64,000 bases of DNA from Candidatus Eiseniibacteriota bacterium. GTDB lineage: Bacteria > Eisenbacteria > RBG-16-71-46 > CAIMUX01 > VGJL01. The translations under genes were made by a program, and so were the position numbers. Below, one piece after another: positions 27,750 through 36,518 of the stretch (position 1 is the first letter of the stretch; each line of letters begins with the position of its first letter). The stretch lies in assembly GCA_041946735.1 (NCBI GenBank), contig JBHGAY010000016.1, positions 63,157 through 127,156 of the forward strand, given 5' to 3'. The notes beneath the pieces are model-generated. The model did not search any database. It saw only the letters and a list, made by a program, of their open reading frames with translations, and was not told the origin of the DNA.

Positions 27750-28982
27750 ATGGCCACCACGATGCGCAATGTCTCCGCAGCTTCCGGCTTCGTCGCTTCG
27801 GCCTCCGGCGCCTTTCTGTTCCTCGGCGCCTTTCTGCTCCTCGGCGCCTCTCTGCTACTCGGAGCCGTTCCGGCGGCCTTCGGGGTCGTCCGCACGGTCT
27901 ACCCCGACGGCTCTGGCGAGTACCCAACGATCCAGGCGGCGGTCGATGCCTCGGTGGACGGCGACGTGATCGAACTCGCTCCGGGCACGTTCACCGGCGC
28001 CGGCAATCGAGACGTGGAGGTTCCCGCTCGGTCGCTCACCATCCGCTCCCAGTCGGGCGATCCCGACGCCTGCGTCGTCGATTGCGAGCACGCCGGCCGT
28101 GCGTTCTCCTTCGTGGCGCGCGCGGCGGGGCAGGCGCTCGAAGGCATCACGATCACCGGCGGGCTGACCACCGAGGGTGGCGGCGGCGCGCTCCGGCTGA
28201 ACTCCGGAGTGACCGTCTCGGACTGCGTCTTCCAAGGCAATCACACGGAGTATGGGGGGGGTGCAGTGGTCGTGGACGAAGTCGCCCCGGTCTTTCTCCG
28301 CTGTCGGTTCCTGGACAACTCCGCGCAATACGCCGGCGGAGCCTTAGCCGGAGGCGGCACGGCGCCACAGCAGACATCCCCCGTGTTCGAGGACTGCCAG
28401 TTCGTGGGGAACGTGGCGGCCGACTTCGGCGGCGGCGCGGTCTTTCTCGAAGCGGTCGCGCTCCGGGATGCGACGTTCCGCGGCTGCACGTTCGCGCGAA
28501 ACAGCGCGCAGCGCGGCGGCGCGCTCCTGCTCTACGGATTCTCGCCACTCCTCGAAAGCTGCACGTTCGTCCACAACGCGGCTTCCGGTGGCGGCGGCGT
28601 GGTCGAGTGCGTCTTCTCGGGCTACTGGCCGGCCAGTCCGACGATTACCAACACGATCCTTGCCTTCTCGACTGTGGGCGCGGCCGTGACCTGCTCGGCC
28701 GGCAGCCAGCCCACGCTCCTTTGCTCGGACGTCTACGGCAACGCGGGAGGGGACTGGGTCGGTTGCATCCAGGATCAAGCCGGGGAGGAAGGGAACATCA
28801 GCGAAGACCCGCTCTTCTGCGGGGACGAAGAAGACGACTACACGATCGCGAGCGGCTCGCCCTGCGCGCCACAACACGATCCCGACTGCGGCCTGATCGG
28901 CGCCTGGCCGGTCGGCTGCGATGGACCGGTGCCGGTCGTCGTGACGAGTTGGGGACGGATCAAGAGAGGATATGGTCGCTAA
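27750..28982 (+). CDS. Secreted right-handed beta-helix protein (GGA/FxxN repeats) with C-terminal SWGRIK tail
   Basis: DGSGEYPTIQAAVD, GGA repeats, GNISEDPLFC..SPC..CGLIGAWPVGC, ends PVPVVVTSWGRIKRGYGR. Confidence 0.85.
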   Translation: MATTMRNVSAASGFVASASGAFLFLGAFLLLGASLLLGAVPAAFGVVRTVYPDGSGEYPTIQAAVDASVDGDVIELAPGTFTGAGNRDVEVPARSLTIRSQSGDPDACVVDCEHAGRAFSFVARAAGQALEGITITGGLTTEGGGGALRLNSGVTVSDCVFQGNHTEYGGGAVVVDEVAPVFLRCRFLDNSAQYAGGALAGGGTAPQQTSPVFEDCQFVGNVAADFGGGAVFLEAVALRDATFRGCTFARNSAQRGGALLLYGFSPLLESCTFVHNAASGGGGVVECVFSGYWPASPTITNTILAFSTVGAAVTCSAGSQPTLLCSDVYGNAGGDWVGCIQDQAGEEGNISEDPLFCGDEEDDYTIASGSPCAPQHDPDCGLIGAWPVGCDGPVPVVVTSWGRIKRGYGR

Positions 28983-29060
28983 CAGTTTCCGAGGGTAAAC
29001 CACCGTGGGTTTTGTCTTTCCGCGCTGAAGCGATCCTGCCGTTCCTTCGAAGGAGGAATC

Positions 29061-30293
29061 ATGCGAGCCGCGGCCGCCGTTTTGCTCCTATGGCTAATGT
29101 CTCTTGTCTGGTTCTTCTCCGGCGCCGCCTTTGCCGACAAGATCGGCGGTCCCGAGAAGCTATGGCGTCCCATTTCCCCACCCGCGCGAGCCATCTATCC
29201 GGAGCAGGAGCCCAACGATTCCTGCCCGGGGCAGTTGATTTCCGGGGGGGACACCGTCTCGCCCGCTTCCTATGACCCTTCCAGCGACGATGACTGGTAT
29301 CAGTTCTTCGCTGTCGCTGACGTCCAGGTAACGATTGCGACCGGGACCTACGACGGTTCGGACGTGGACACGTATCTGGAGCTGTACGACTCGGACTGCG
29401 TGACCCTGCTGGCCTACAACGACGACGGCGGTCCGGGACTGTTCTCATTCCTCTCGAACTTCCAGGTCCCGCACACCGGCTATTACAACATCAAGAGCTT
29501 CTCCTACGGACACCACTACACCGGCTTCTACGAGCTATATCTGTATGGCGCCCCTCCGCCGATACCCGATCCGAACGATGTCTGCACCACCGGCTATGTC
29601 ATTTCCCGATGCGGAACCGGCACTGTGAGCGGCGACATGTCGCCGGATCACGACGACTACGATCCCGGAGCGGATGGCTGCGCCAATGGATATCCCGAGG
29701 CAGGAATCGACGTGACGTACCAGATGGATCTCGAGCAGGGCGATTGGGTCGACCTCACGTACAACACTCCGAACCACGACGCGGCCATCTACATCATCAC
29801 CGACTGCGAAAATCCGGCGGGGTCTTGCGTGGTTGGAGCGGACGCGGGATACGACACCGAGACGATCAACTGGATCGCTCCAGCGGCAGGCACCTACTAC
29901 GTGATCCTGGATCACTACGGCACCGGCCAAGGCGCAGGACCGTGGACACTCGAGTACGACATGCTGAACTGCCCGCCGCCGGGCGCGGGGGCCTGTTGCT
30001 ACGAGAACAACTCGTGTCACGTTCTTTGGCAGGAGGAATGCGAGGCCAGTGGCGGCATCTTCCATCCGGAGTGGGAGAACTGCGACGTCGCCGACTGCGG
30101 GGTTACCGACCCGCCGCGCGCGTGCTGCGTCGACGGCGATTGCTACTTCGTTCCCTTCGATATATGCGTGATCGAAATGGGCGGTCAGTGGATGGGCGAT
30201 CCGTCGTGCGAGGGGGTCGAATGCCCTCCGGTTGCGGCCATCTCCGTTACCTGGGGCAAGATCAAGGCTTCCTACCGAGGCGCGACCGAGTAA
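29061..30293 (+). CDS. Secreted protein with PPC-like domains, Cys-rich (G/R)ACC repeats and C-terminal TWGKIK tail
   Basis: AAGGAGG RBS, signal peptide ..GAAFA, EQEPND..DWY..DTYLELY..NDD, GACC and RACC repeats, ends PVAAISVTWGKIKASYRGATE. Confidence 0.85.
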   Translation: MRAAAAVLLLWLMSLVWFFSGAAFADKIGGPEKLWRPISPPARAIYPEQEPNDSCPGQLISGGDTVSPASYDPSSDDDWYQFFAVADVQVTIATGTYDGSDVDTYLELYDSDCVTLLAYNDDGGPGLFSFLSNFQVPHTGYYNIKSFSYGHHYTGFYELYLYGAPPPIPDPNDVCTTGYVISRCGTGTVSGDMSPDHDDYDPGADGCANGYPEAGIDVTYQMDLEQGDWVDLTYNTPNHDAAIYIITDCENPAGSCVVGADAGYDTETINWIAPAAGTYYVILDHYGTGQGAGPWTLEYDMLNCPPPGAGACCYENNSCHVLWQEECEASGGIFHPEWENCDVADCGVTDPPRACCVDGDCYFVPFDICVIEMGGQWMGDPSCEGVECPPVAAISVTWGKIKASYRGATE

Positions 30294-30319
30294 GACCGGC
30301 AGGCGAAAGGGGGATGTGA

Positions 30320-30679
30320 GAAGGACGGGAGACAGCGGCCATCCTGCATGCGTCGGGGAAGGCTCCCGGATCGACGAGCCGCGCCTACCATGCCGCCTTT
30401 CACGCTGCCCGAGCTCTGCTCCTGACCTTGGGACTCCAGCCGCGCAGCCACGAGGGAGTGCGCCACCTGCTCTCTCCTCTCTTCGTGAGAAGCGGCAAGC
30501 TTGATCCTCGGCTCGCGCGAGCGCTATCGAGTGTCGCGAGGACTCGCGAAGACGCAGACTACGACGCGGCCGCCGTCTTCACGACCGCCGACAGCGAGGA
30601 GGCGCTTCGCGCGGCGGAGCAGTTCCGGGCGGCCGCACGCGCGATCCTTCAGGTGGACGGTTGGTTGAAGCGAGGGTAG
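30320..30679 (+). pseudogene. 5'-truncated HEPN domain gene
   Basis: Frame extended upstream of ORF 30428 gives SRAYHAAFHAARALL..SHEGV..REDADY; in-frame TGA at 30317 and no usable start; no nucleotidyltransferase partner nearby. Confidence 0.7.
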
Positions 30680-31196
30680 CGAGTCCTCTTTGGGCAGGTC
30701 GGCGCCGAGCTAGGCCGTCGGGCCGATCTTGCGCCGCCGCATCTTCCGCCATCCGGCCCGGCACAGCACCTCAGGGGGAATGTGGGGCCGCCGGCCATCG
30801 AGGCATCTCAGCACCGGCGGCCCCAGGCTGACTTTCACCCGGCGCCCCGTCGGGCGCCGGCCCGTAGCGTTTCCGCAGCGCGGCGGCCGGCTACGCGGCC
30901 GGGTCCATCGAGGCGCCGGCCGTCCCGGCCGTCCCCGTCCCGGTCGTCGCGTCCGATGTCGCCTTCACTTCAAGCGGGATGAGAGCGCGCGCTCCCGGAC
31001 GATTGCCGCGCCTCCAGGCTTGAGCCGGGGAGAAAGGGCCTCGGTGGCGGGGCGACGACGACTCCTCGTGCGTTCCGGGTTCGAGATGTCACGGGTTCGA
31101 GATTGGAGGAGCAGAGCGGACGGCCTACAATTGCCTCCCGGTACAATCGAGCCGGCGCTCTCTGTGGAAGTACGAATGAGAGGGGAGGCACGTACG

Positions 31197-31961
31197 ATGC
31201 CCAAGAGCCTCGGGTCGCTCGGGGGAGAAGAGCCGGGTTCCTTGCTGTCATTCGAGCGCGTGCCGGCCGTTCGCTCCCGCGTTGTCGCCGTGTACCTTCT
31301 CGCGGCGCTCGCGCTGGCGCTGGCCGTGCCGGGGGCGCGGTCCAACGGCGCGGCGGAGAAGAGCGCCGGCGGGACGGGGAGGAGCGACCTCCAGCGCACC
31401 TTCGTGGGACCGGACGCCTTTGCAGTGAGCTTCGATTCGGAGTGGATCCGGCTCGCCGTCCTCGGCGACAGCCTGGAGGTCCGAGCGAGCTACTTCCTCC
31501 GCTGCCGCGAGCCCGACGGCGCTCGCGTCACCCTGTTCTTCCCTTTCCCGGAGGACTCGCTCCTCGGTCCGGCGCGGATGATCTCGCTTCATGCAGGCGT
31601 CGAGCGCGCCGCGCTGTCGGCCATCCCGTGGCGTCCGATGCCTCCCACGTCTGCCATGTCTGCGGTCCGGTTCGAGACGCCGCCGTGCACCGGGGACACT
31701 GTCTTCGTCGACGCGGTCTACCGGCAGCAACTCCTGGGCCCCTACGCCCGATACATCGTGACGACCACCCGGGCCTGGCATCGCCCGCTCCGGCACGCCC
31801 GGTTCGACGTCCGTTTGCCCGAAGGCGCGGTCCCGATCGACTTCAGCTTTCCGTTCGAGGCCCGCGAGGACTCGGTCGGGCGCTTCTACTCCTACGAGGT
31901 CGACTCCTTCTATCCGGATCGCGACATAATCGTCCGCTGGAAGGGGGTAACGGGCGAGTAG
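31197..31961 (+). CDS. Secreted hypothetical protein (possibly DUF4424-like)
   Basis: GGGGAGG RBS before ATG 31197, hydrophobic LLAALALALAV segment, FFPFP, YIVTTTRAW.RPL..A.F motif. Confidence 0.6.
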   Translation: MPKSLGSLGGEEPGSLLSFERVPAVRSRVVAVYLLAALALALAVPGARSNGAAEKSAGGTGRSDLQRTFVGPDAFAVSFDSEWIRLAVLGDSLEVRASYFLRCREPDGARVTLFFPFPEDSLLGPARMISLHAGVERAALSAIPWRPMPPTSAMSAVRFETPPCTGDTVFVDAVYRQQLLGPYARYIVTTTRAWHRPLRHARFDVRLPEGAVPIDFSFPFEAREDSVGRFYSYEVDSFYPDRDIIVRWKGVTGE

Positions 31962-32204
31962 CTCGAACGTTGTAGCCACCCGCTGCCAGCAGGCGGTCCC
32001 GCGGCTCCTGTCAATCCGACGCGTCCTCCTGCGGCTCCCGGATGGGCGGCGATCGTTGCTTGCGACCTGCACGCACACGCCTCGCGATTGATGTCCTGGC
32101 AGGAGAGGCGCATACTCTCTGCGCGTCATTCCATCGTGATTGCGGTTCCGGGGGTGCCGCAGCCCGGACAGCGCGCGGCGGGTACCCGGAGGAAGGAGAC
32201 CACC

Positions 32205-33176
32205 GTGCCGCGCCACACCTTCACCGCTCCGCGTTCGATCGCGCTTCTCGTCCTGATCCCTCTCGCCGGCGCTCTGAGCGGACTCGTCGATCCGCAAGCG
32301 GCGCAAGCCAACCTCGGCCCGGCGGCGTTGATCTACTTCGATGTGCGTCCGTTCGAGGGCCCTTACCCGTGTGAACCGCCTTCGATGGACTGCGAGGACA
32401 TGCAACAGACGACCCCCGCGGAGGGGTACGTCGAATTCAAGATTTACGTCCAGAGCAACTCCGGGACCCCCGTGACCAGCTTCACGGCCGACATGACTTG
32501 GCCGGATGAATGGTGGCTCTACGACTTCTCGTTCTGCCAGGGGGGAACCGGCACGTTGGATTACTGGGGAGGGAATCCGCACCGCCTCGAGGTTCACTTC
32601 CCGTGCGAGGGCCAGCCGTATCCCTTCCTCGCTGTGCATATGATCATGTCGGTTCACGGCTATGGCAAGCTGACCACGGACAACGCCCACTTGTGGGCAC
32701 ATTGCCCACCCGAGGGACATGACGTGATAGCCGACTCCATGTACGGCGAGGCGGGTCCCGGCTGCGAGTTCACGAACCAGCCATGCGACTTCTGGGAATT
32801 CGCCTGTGAGCCTAACTTCTCTCAGGACCACTTGGACTTGTCGGCTGTTGCGGGCGGAGACGCCCATGGCGAGATCTCTTTCAGCGCGGGGTATTGGTGG
32901 ATGTACGAATGGTACCCCTGCTCGCACGATTGGGACACACAGACAGGCGAGACATGGTGCACCGCCGACTGCGTGGAGGGCGGGGACGCGTTCGAGACGA
33001 TCCTCAGGGTCGACGCTGACGCGGCCGAGCTGGAGCCCGGCGTCTACGAGACCTGGGTGCAGGTCGAGAGGTGGCAGCACACCCTCGCCCGCTGCATCGA
33101 CGTGACCCTCACGGTCAGCGAGCCCACGGCGGTTTCAAAGGTGAGCTGGGGGGCCGTCCGGGCGATGTTTCGATAG
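32205..33176 (+). CDS. Secreted Cys/Trp-rich protein with BACON-like domain and C-terminal SWGAVR tail
   Basis: AAGGAG RBS, GTG start, signal peptide, ELEPGVYETWVQV..VTLTV, ends PTAVSKVSWGAVRAMFR. Confidence 0.8.
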   Translation: MPRHTFTAPRSIALLVLIPLAGALSGLVDPQAAQANLGPAALIYFDVRPFEGPYPCEPPSMDCEDMQQTTPAEGYVEFKIYVQSNSGTPVTSFTADMTWPDEWWLYDFSFCQGGTGTLDYWGGNPHRLEVHFPCEGQPYPFLAVHMIMSVHGYGKLTTDNAHLWAHCPPEGHDVIADSMYGEAGPGCEFTNQPCDFWEFACEPNFSQDHLDLSAVAGGDAHGEISFSAGYWWMYEWYPCSHDWDTQTGETWCTADCVEGGDAFETILRVDADAAELEPGVYETWVQVERWQHTLARCIDVTLTVSEPTAVSKVSWGAVRAMFR

Positions 33177-33304
33177 GTCTGAGTGTGAGAAGCCACCGGC
33201 GGGAGCCGGTCCCGCCGGTGGCATTCGCCTTGGGGGGCGATCACCCGAAATGTACTGGCGCGGTGTCGCCCCCCGTTCAGACTCTAGAGACTCTGAGGCG
33301 ATCT

Positions 33305-34102
33305 TCAGTTCCCGATCGGCTGGATGTCGATCGACTCCACCGGCCAGCCGGTTGGTTCGTATCCTCCCTCGGGCGCCCTCGGGAAGATCTGGACCGCCCG
33401 CACCCTCGCGTACGTGCCCTCCGGATAGCCGGAGCCTTCGTGCAGGTAGCCGGTCGCTTCCATGTGAATCGTGGCATGCAGGATCTCCTGGTCCGGCTCG
33501 GTGAAGAGGAGCAGCTGGAAGAGATCCGGGATCGGCGCGCCCGGCTGCGGGTTGATGAAGTCGAGATCCATGTAGAAGTCACCGAGGGCAGGCGGAGCGC
33601 CGGCGAGAACATCGGTCACGCGTGAGCCGAAGATCAACGGGTCGAGGTAGTAATCTTCGATCTCGGCCACCCACGCCAGGATGTTGCGGGCGTGCACGCG
33701 AAGGTGGATGAGGGCCCGACCGTCCGGCAGCGTTCGCTCGGTAAGGTTGCCCGTGATATCGGTGCCCAGCGACATGGCGCCGCCGGACTCCTGCTGCAAC
33801 CAGCGATCCGCGTTGCCGAGGTACTCGAACATGAAGTTCAGGATGAAGTCGGAGTTGGACCAGCAGACGAAGTTCTTGAGCGGCGGCTCGTAGTCGATGC
33901 ATCCTCCCATCCCGTCGGGAACGCAGTAGGTTCCTTGCGTCGAGGTGTAATCCGAGAACGGCCGCTGTACGGCCTGCCCGGCGATCGTGGAAATCGCCTC
34001 GTATGATGGAGCAGGCGTCGTCGGCGGAGTCGAGTCGTTGGAACAACCAAGACCAACCGACAACAGGGCGAACAACACGAGCAGACGTCGTGACGGTGAC
34101 AT
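33305..34102 (-). CDS. Hypothetical lipoprotein
   Basis: GGAGG RBS, ATG 34102, MSPSRRLLVLFALLSVGLG-C lipobox followed by a Pro/Thr linker. Confidence 0.75.
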   Translation of the reverse strand: MSPSRRLLVLFALLSVGLGCSNDSTPPTTPAPSYEAISTIAGQAVQRPFSDYTSTQGTYCVPDGMGGCIDYEPPLKNFVCWSNSDFILNFMFEYLGNADRWLQQESGGAMSLGTDITGNLTERTLPDGRALIHLRVHARNILAWVAEIEDYYLDPLIFGSRVTDVLAGAPPALGDFYMDLDFINPQPGAPIPDLFQLLLFTEPDQEILHATIHMEATGYLHEGSGYPEGTYARVRAVQIFPRAPEGGYEPTGWPVESIDIQPIGN

Positions 34103-34537
34103 CAGTCCCTCCTGTGTGGTGTGGCGTGCGTCAAGAACTCGAGCGGACATCCCCGGCATTGCGGCCGCCGCGATGTCAGGGCATCGCTTGCCGTGACGAT
34201 CGGCGCTAAGGCAGCATCTGGCTGTTGCGCGCCGCTCCCTCACCGTTTCGCGACTTCGCGTGTGCCCTATGGATGACCGCGGCGCCAGTCTAGGCGGATG
34301 TTAGGTTTGGGACAACGAAGGGCTTCGCGAAAGGTCCTGAGACTTCCCGGTGATCCTCGATATGGGGATGATTCCTGCACGGCATCCGGGAGAATTGCGC
34401 AACGGCATAACGGCATCGTGGGGACATCGACCAACACGCCGTAATCGCCGGCCGCATCCAGGGGGGACGCGGCCGGCGGGCGCGAGCGATAGGACCTGCC
34501 CGGAGAGCCTCTCCTACTGTCCTTCTCTTCTACTCTC

Positions 34538-36139
34538 TTACCTATGAACGCCGAGTAGCAGGAGCTTCTGCGCCGCGGCGCGCTCCCCGCGGTTGCCGGT
34601 CGATTCCAGCCGCGCGAAGTAGACCCCGGTCGGCAACGACATGCCCGCCTCGCTGCGGCCGTCCCAGCGAACGGCGGCCGAGGCGGAAGCGCCCTCGCCC
34701 CCCGCGGCCGGTAGCTCGATCCGGCGGACGACGCTCCCTTGCACATCGTGGATGGTGACGATGCACGCGCCGGCCCCGCCGAACGCAGGCGCAGGCCCAG
34801 TCGCCGCGAGCCGGATCTCGTTTCCAGGACGGAAGGGGTTGGGGAACGCGAGCGACGCCAAGCGTGCGCCGGGGCCCATGTCCGTCTCGACCGAGGCAGG
34901 GGCCGGGTGCAGTCGCTCGGCCAGGGTGTAGCTCGTGATGCCATCCGCGAGCGTCCAGAAACCGGCGGTCCAGATGTCGCAGTCCCCCACGATCTCCATG
35001 CCGCCGCTGCGGATGACGTAGGTGGCGCCGGGGACATCGGCCGGGACCTCGGTCCAGCTCACGCCGTCCCAATGCCAGTAGCCGTTCCATCCGGAGGACC
35101 ATAGGTCGTTGGGGGCGACCGCGGCGAGGGAGCCGCCGGAGTTCGGCGGCGGGGGCATCATCGTCCACTGCGAGCCGTTCCAGCGCATCAAGAGCGCGCC
35201 GTCTGCATCGCTGCCGCCGATCGCCCAGACGTCGTTGGGGCCGGTGGCGACGAGGTCTTCGATGCCGCTCTGGTGAATGTCCTCCATCGGGCTGGGGACG
35301 TGCGACCACTCGTGACCGTCCCAGTGGTAGGTGACGGCCCGGAAGGTGCCGGCGATGTTGCGGTAGTCGCCGGCCGCCCAGACGTCGTCGGACGCGATCG
35401 CGACGACGGCGTCCAACTCGTGGTGGCGGTTGGCGACGAGCGGGACGTCGACGTCGGTCCATTCCGATCCGTCCCAGTGCAGCGCCATCGGGACCGATGC
35501 GGAAGAGGCGTCGCCGTAGCCGTTCGCGATGCCGACCGCCCAGACGTCATCGTGCGCGATCGCCTCCACCTCGTAGGCGAAGCCACCCCGATCGGCGTAG
35601 GGATACTCCACCTGCGGCCGCAGCGTGACGGTATCGACGTAGTCCCAGGAGTCGTTGCGCCAGCGCATCACGAGCGGGAGGTTGTTGGCCGGGGGGCTGG
35701 TCGTGACGTTGCCGGCGATCCAGACATCGCCGTTGGGGGCGTGGTCGACGCCCACCGTCTCCGGATTGGTTCCCAGGTCATCGGTGGGCGGCAGATCGAC
35801 GAAGTTCCAGGCGGATCCGTTCCAGCGGATCGCGATCGGCCCGCTCCCGGCGGGCTCGTTGCGCCAGAGGCCGACCGACCAGGCGTCGGACGGCGAGAGG
35901 GCGGTGATCGCGGTCAAGCGGTTGACGCTGTTGCCGGCGTTCGGCGTGGGCACGTGCTCCCAGGGACCGCAAAGGCCTAGCGCGGCGACCGGCGACGAAG
36001 CGGCGACGACGGCCAGCATGAGGAGCATGGCGGTCTCTGCGAGTCCGACGACCGGGCGAACGCGAGCGAGGTCCGGGGTGCGATGCCGGGTGCGAAGCGG
36101 AGCGAGATGCGGGGTAGGGCGCGGCACTGTCGGGCACAT
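34538..36139 (-). CDS. Secreted beta-propeller-like protein (DVWAVG..W(D/N)G..W repeats) with FlgD-Ig/T9SS-type CTD
   Basis: About seven repeats; PNPF..IHDVQG..WDGRS..GVYF..KLLLL; AAGGA RBS. Confidence 0.82.
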   Translation of the reverse strand: MCPTVPRPTPHLAPLRTRHRTPDLARVRPVVGLAETAMLLMLAVVAASSPVAALGLCGPWEHVPTPNAGNSVNRLTAITALSPSDAWSVGLWRNEPAGSGPIAIRWNGSAWNFVDLPPTDDLGTNPETVGVDHAPNGDVWIAGNVTTSPPANNLPLVMRWRNDSWDYVDTVTLRPQVEYPYADRGGFAYEVEAIAHDDVWAVGIANGYGDASSASVPMALHWDGSEWTDVDVPLVANRHHELDAVVAIASDDVWAAGDYRNIAGTFRAVTYHWDGHEWSHVPSPMEDIHQSGIEDLVATGPNDVWAIGGSDADGALLMRWNGSQWTMMPPPPNSGGSLAAVAPNDLWSSGWNGYWHWDGVSWTEVPADVPGATYVIRSGGMEIVGDCDIWTAGFWTLADGITSYTLAERLHPAPASVETDMGPGARLASLAFPNPFRPGNEIRLAATGPAPAFGGAGACIVTIHDVQGSVVRRIELPAAGGEGASASAAVRWDGRSEAGMSLPTGVYFARLESTGNRGERAAAQKLLLLGVHR

Positions 36140-36383
36140 GGCGAGTCCTTCCTTTCCGTCTTTCTATGGACGAGGGTCCTGGACGAGGACCCCGCTTCTC
36201 CGTCGGTGGGCTCGTAGGCCGGCGGCTCGTCTGGCGTCCCGTCCCGGTGCAGGTCCGCTGGATCGCCTCGACCGCCGCGCAATTGCATGGTAGCGGGGGG
36301 CAGGCTCCTTGATACATCCGTCCGAAAGTTCGCCACTCGGCAGGCTCGGAAGTCCGCGTCCCCCGGATGCCGCGCGCTCAGCC

Positions 36384-36430
36384 AAACGAAGCGGGGGCGG
36401 GGCGCCTTCGCATGGCGCCCCCGCCCCCGC
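36384..36430 (-). terminator. Intrinsic terminator of the flgB-flgE operon
   Basis: About 16-bp GC stem (36391-36406 / 36414-36430, one bulge) followed by TTCGTTT on the minus strand. Confidence 0.7.
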
Positions 36431-36440
36431 CCTGACGCGG

Positions 36441-36518
36441 ACCGACTACCGAGTGCCGACTACCGACCGCCGGCTACCGACTGCCGGCTACCGGCTACGC
36501 GGCTACCGACTGCCGACT
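36441..36518. repeat. Degenerate heptamer tandem array, about 11 x RCCGRCT
   Basis: accgact accgagt gccgact accgacc gccggct accgact gccggct accggct acgcggct accgact gccgact, abutting the flgE stop. Confidence 0.85.

Noticed and set aside
30314..30319. ATG-TGA upstream of the HEPN remnant as a second Sec read-through
   Set aside because: Not at a Cys-equivalent position, and no convincing downstream SECIS-like hairpin.
36441..36518. Possible CRISPR array (also 50310-50389)
   Set aside because: Head-to-tail short units without unique spacers, and no cas genes in the window.
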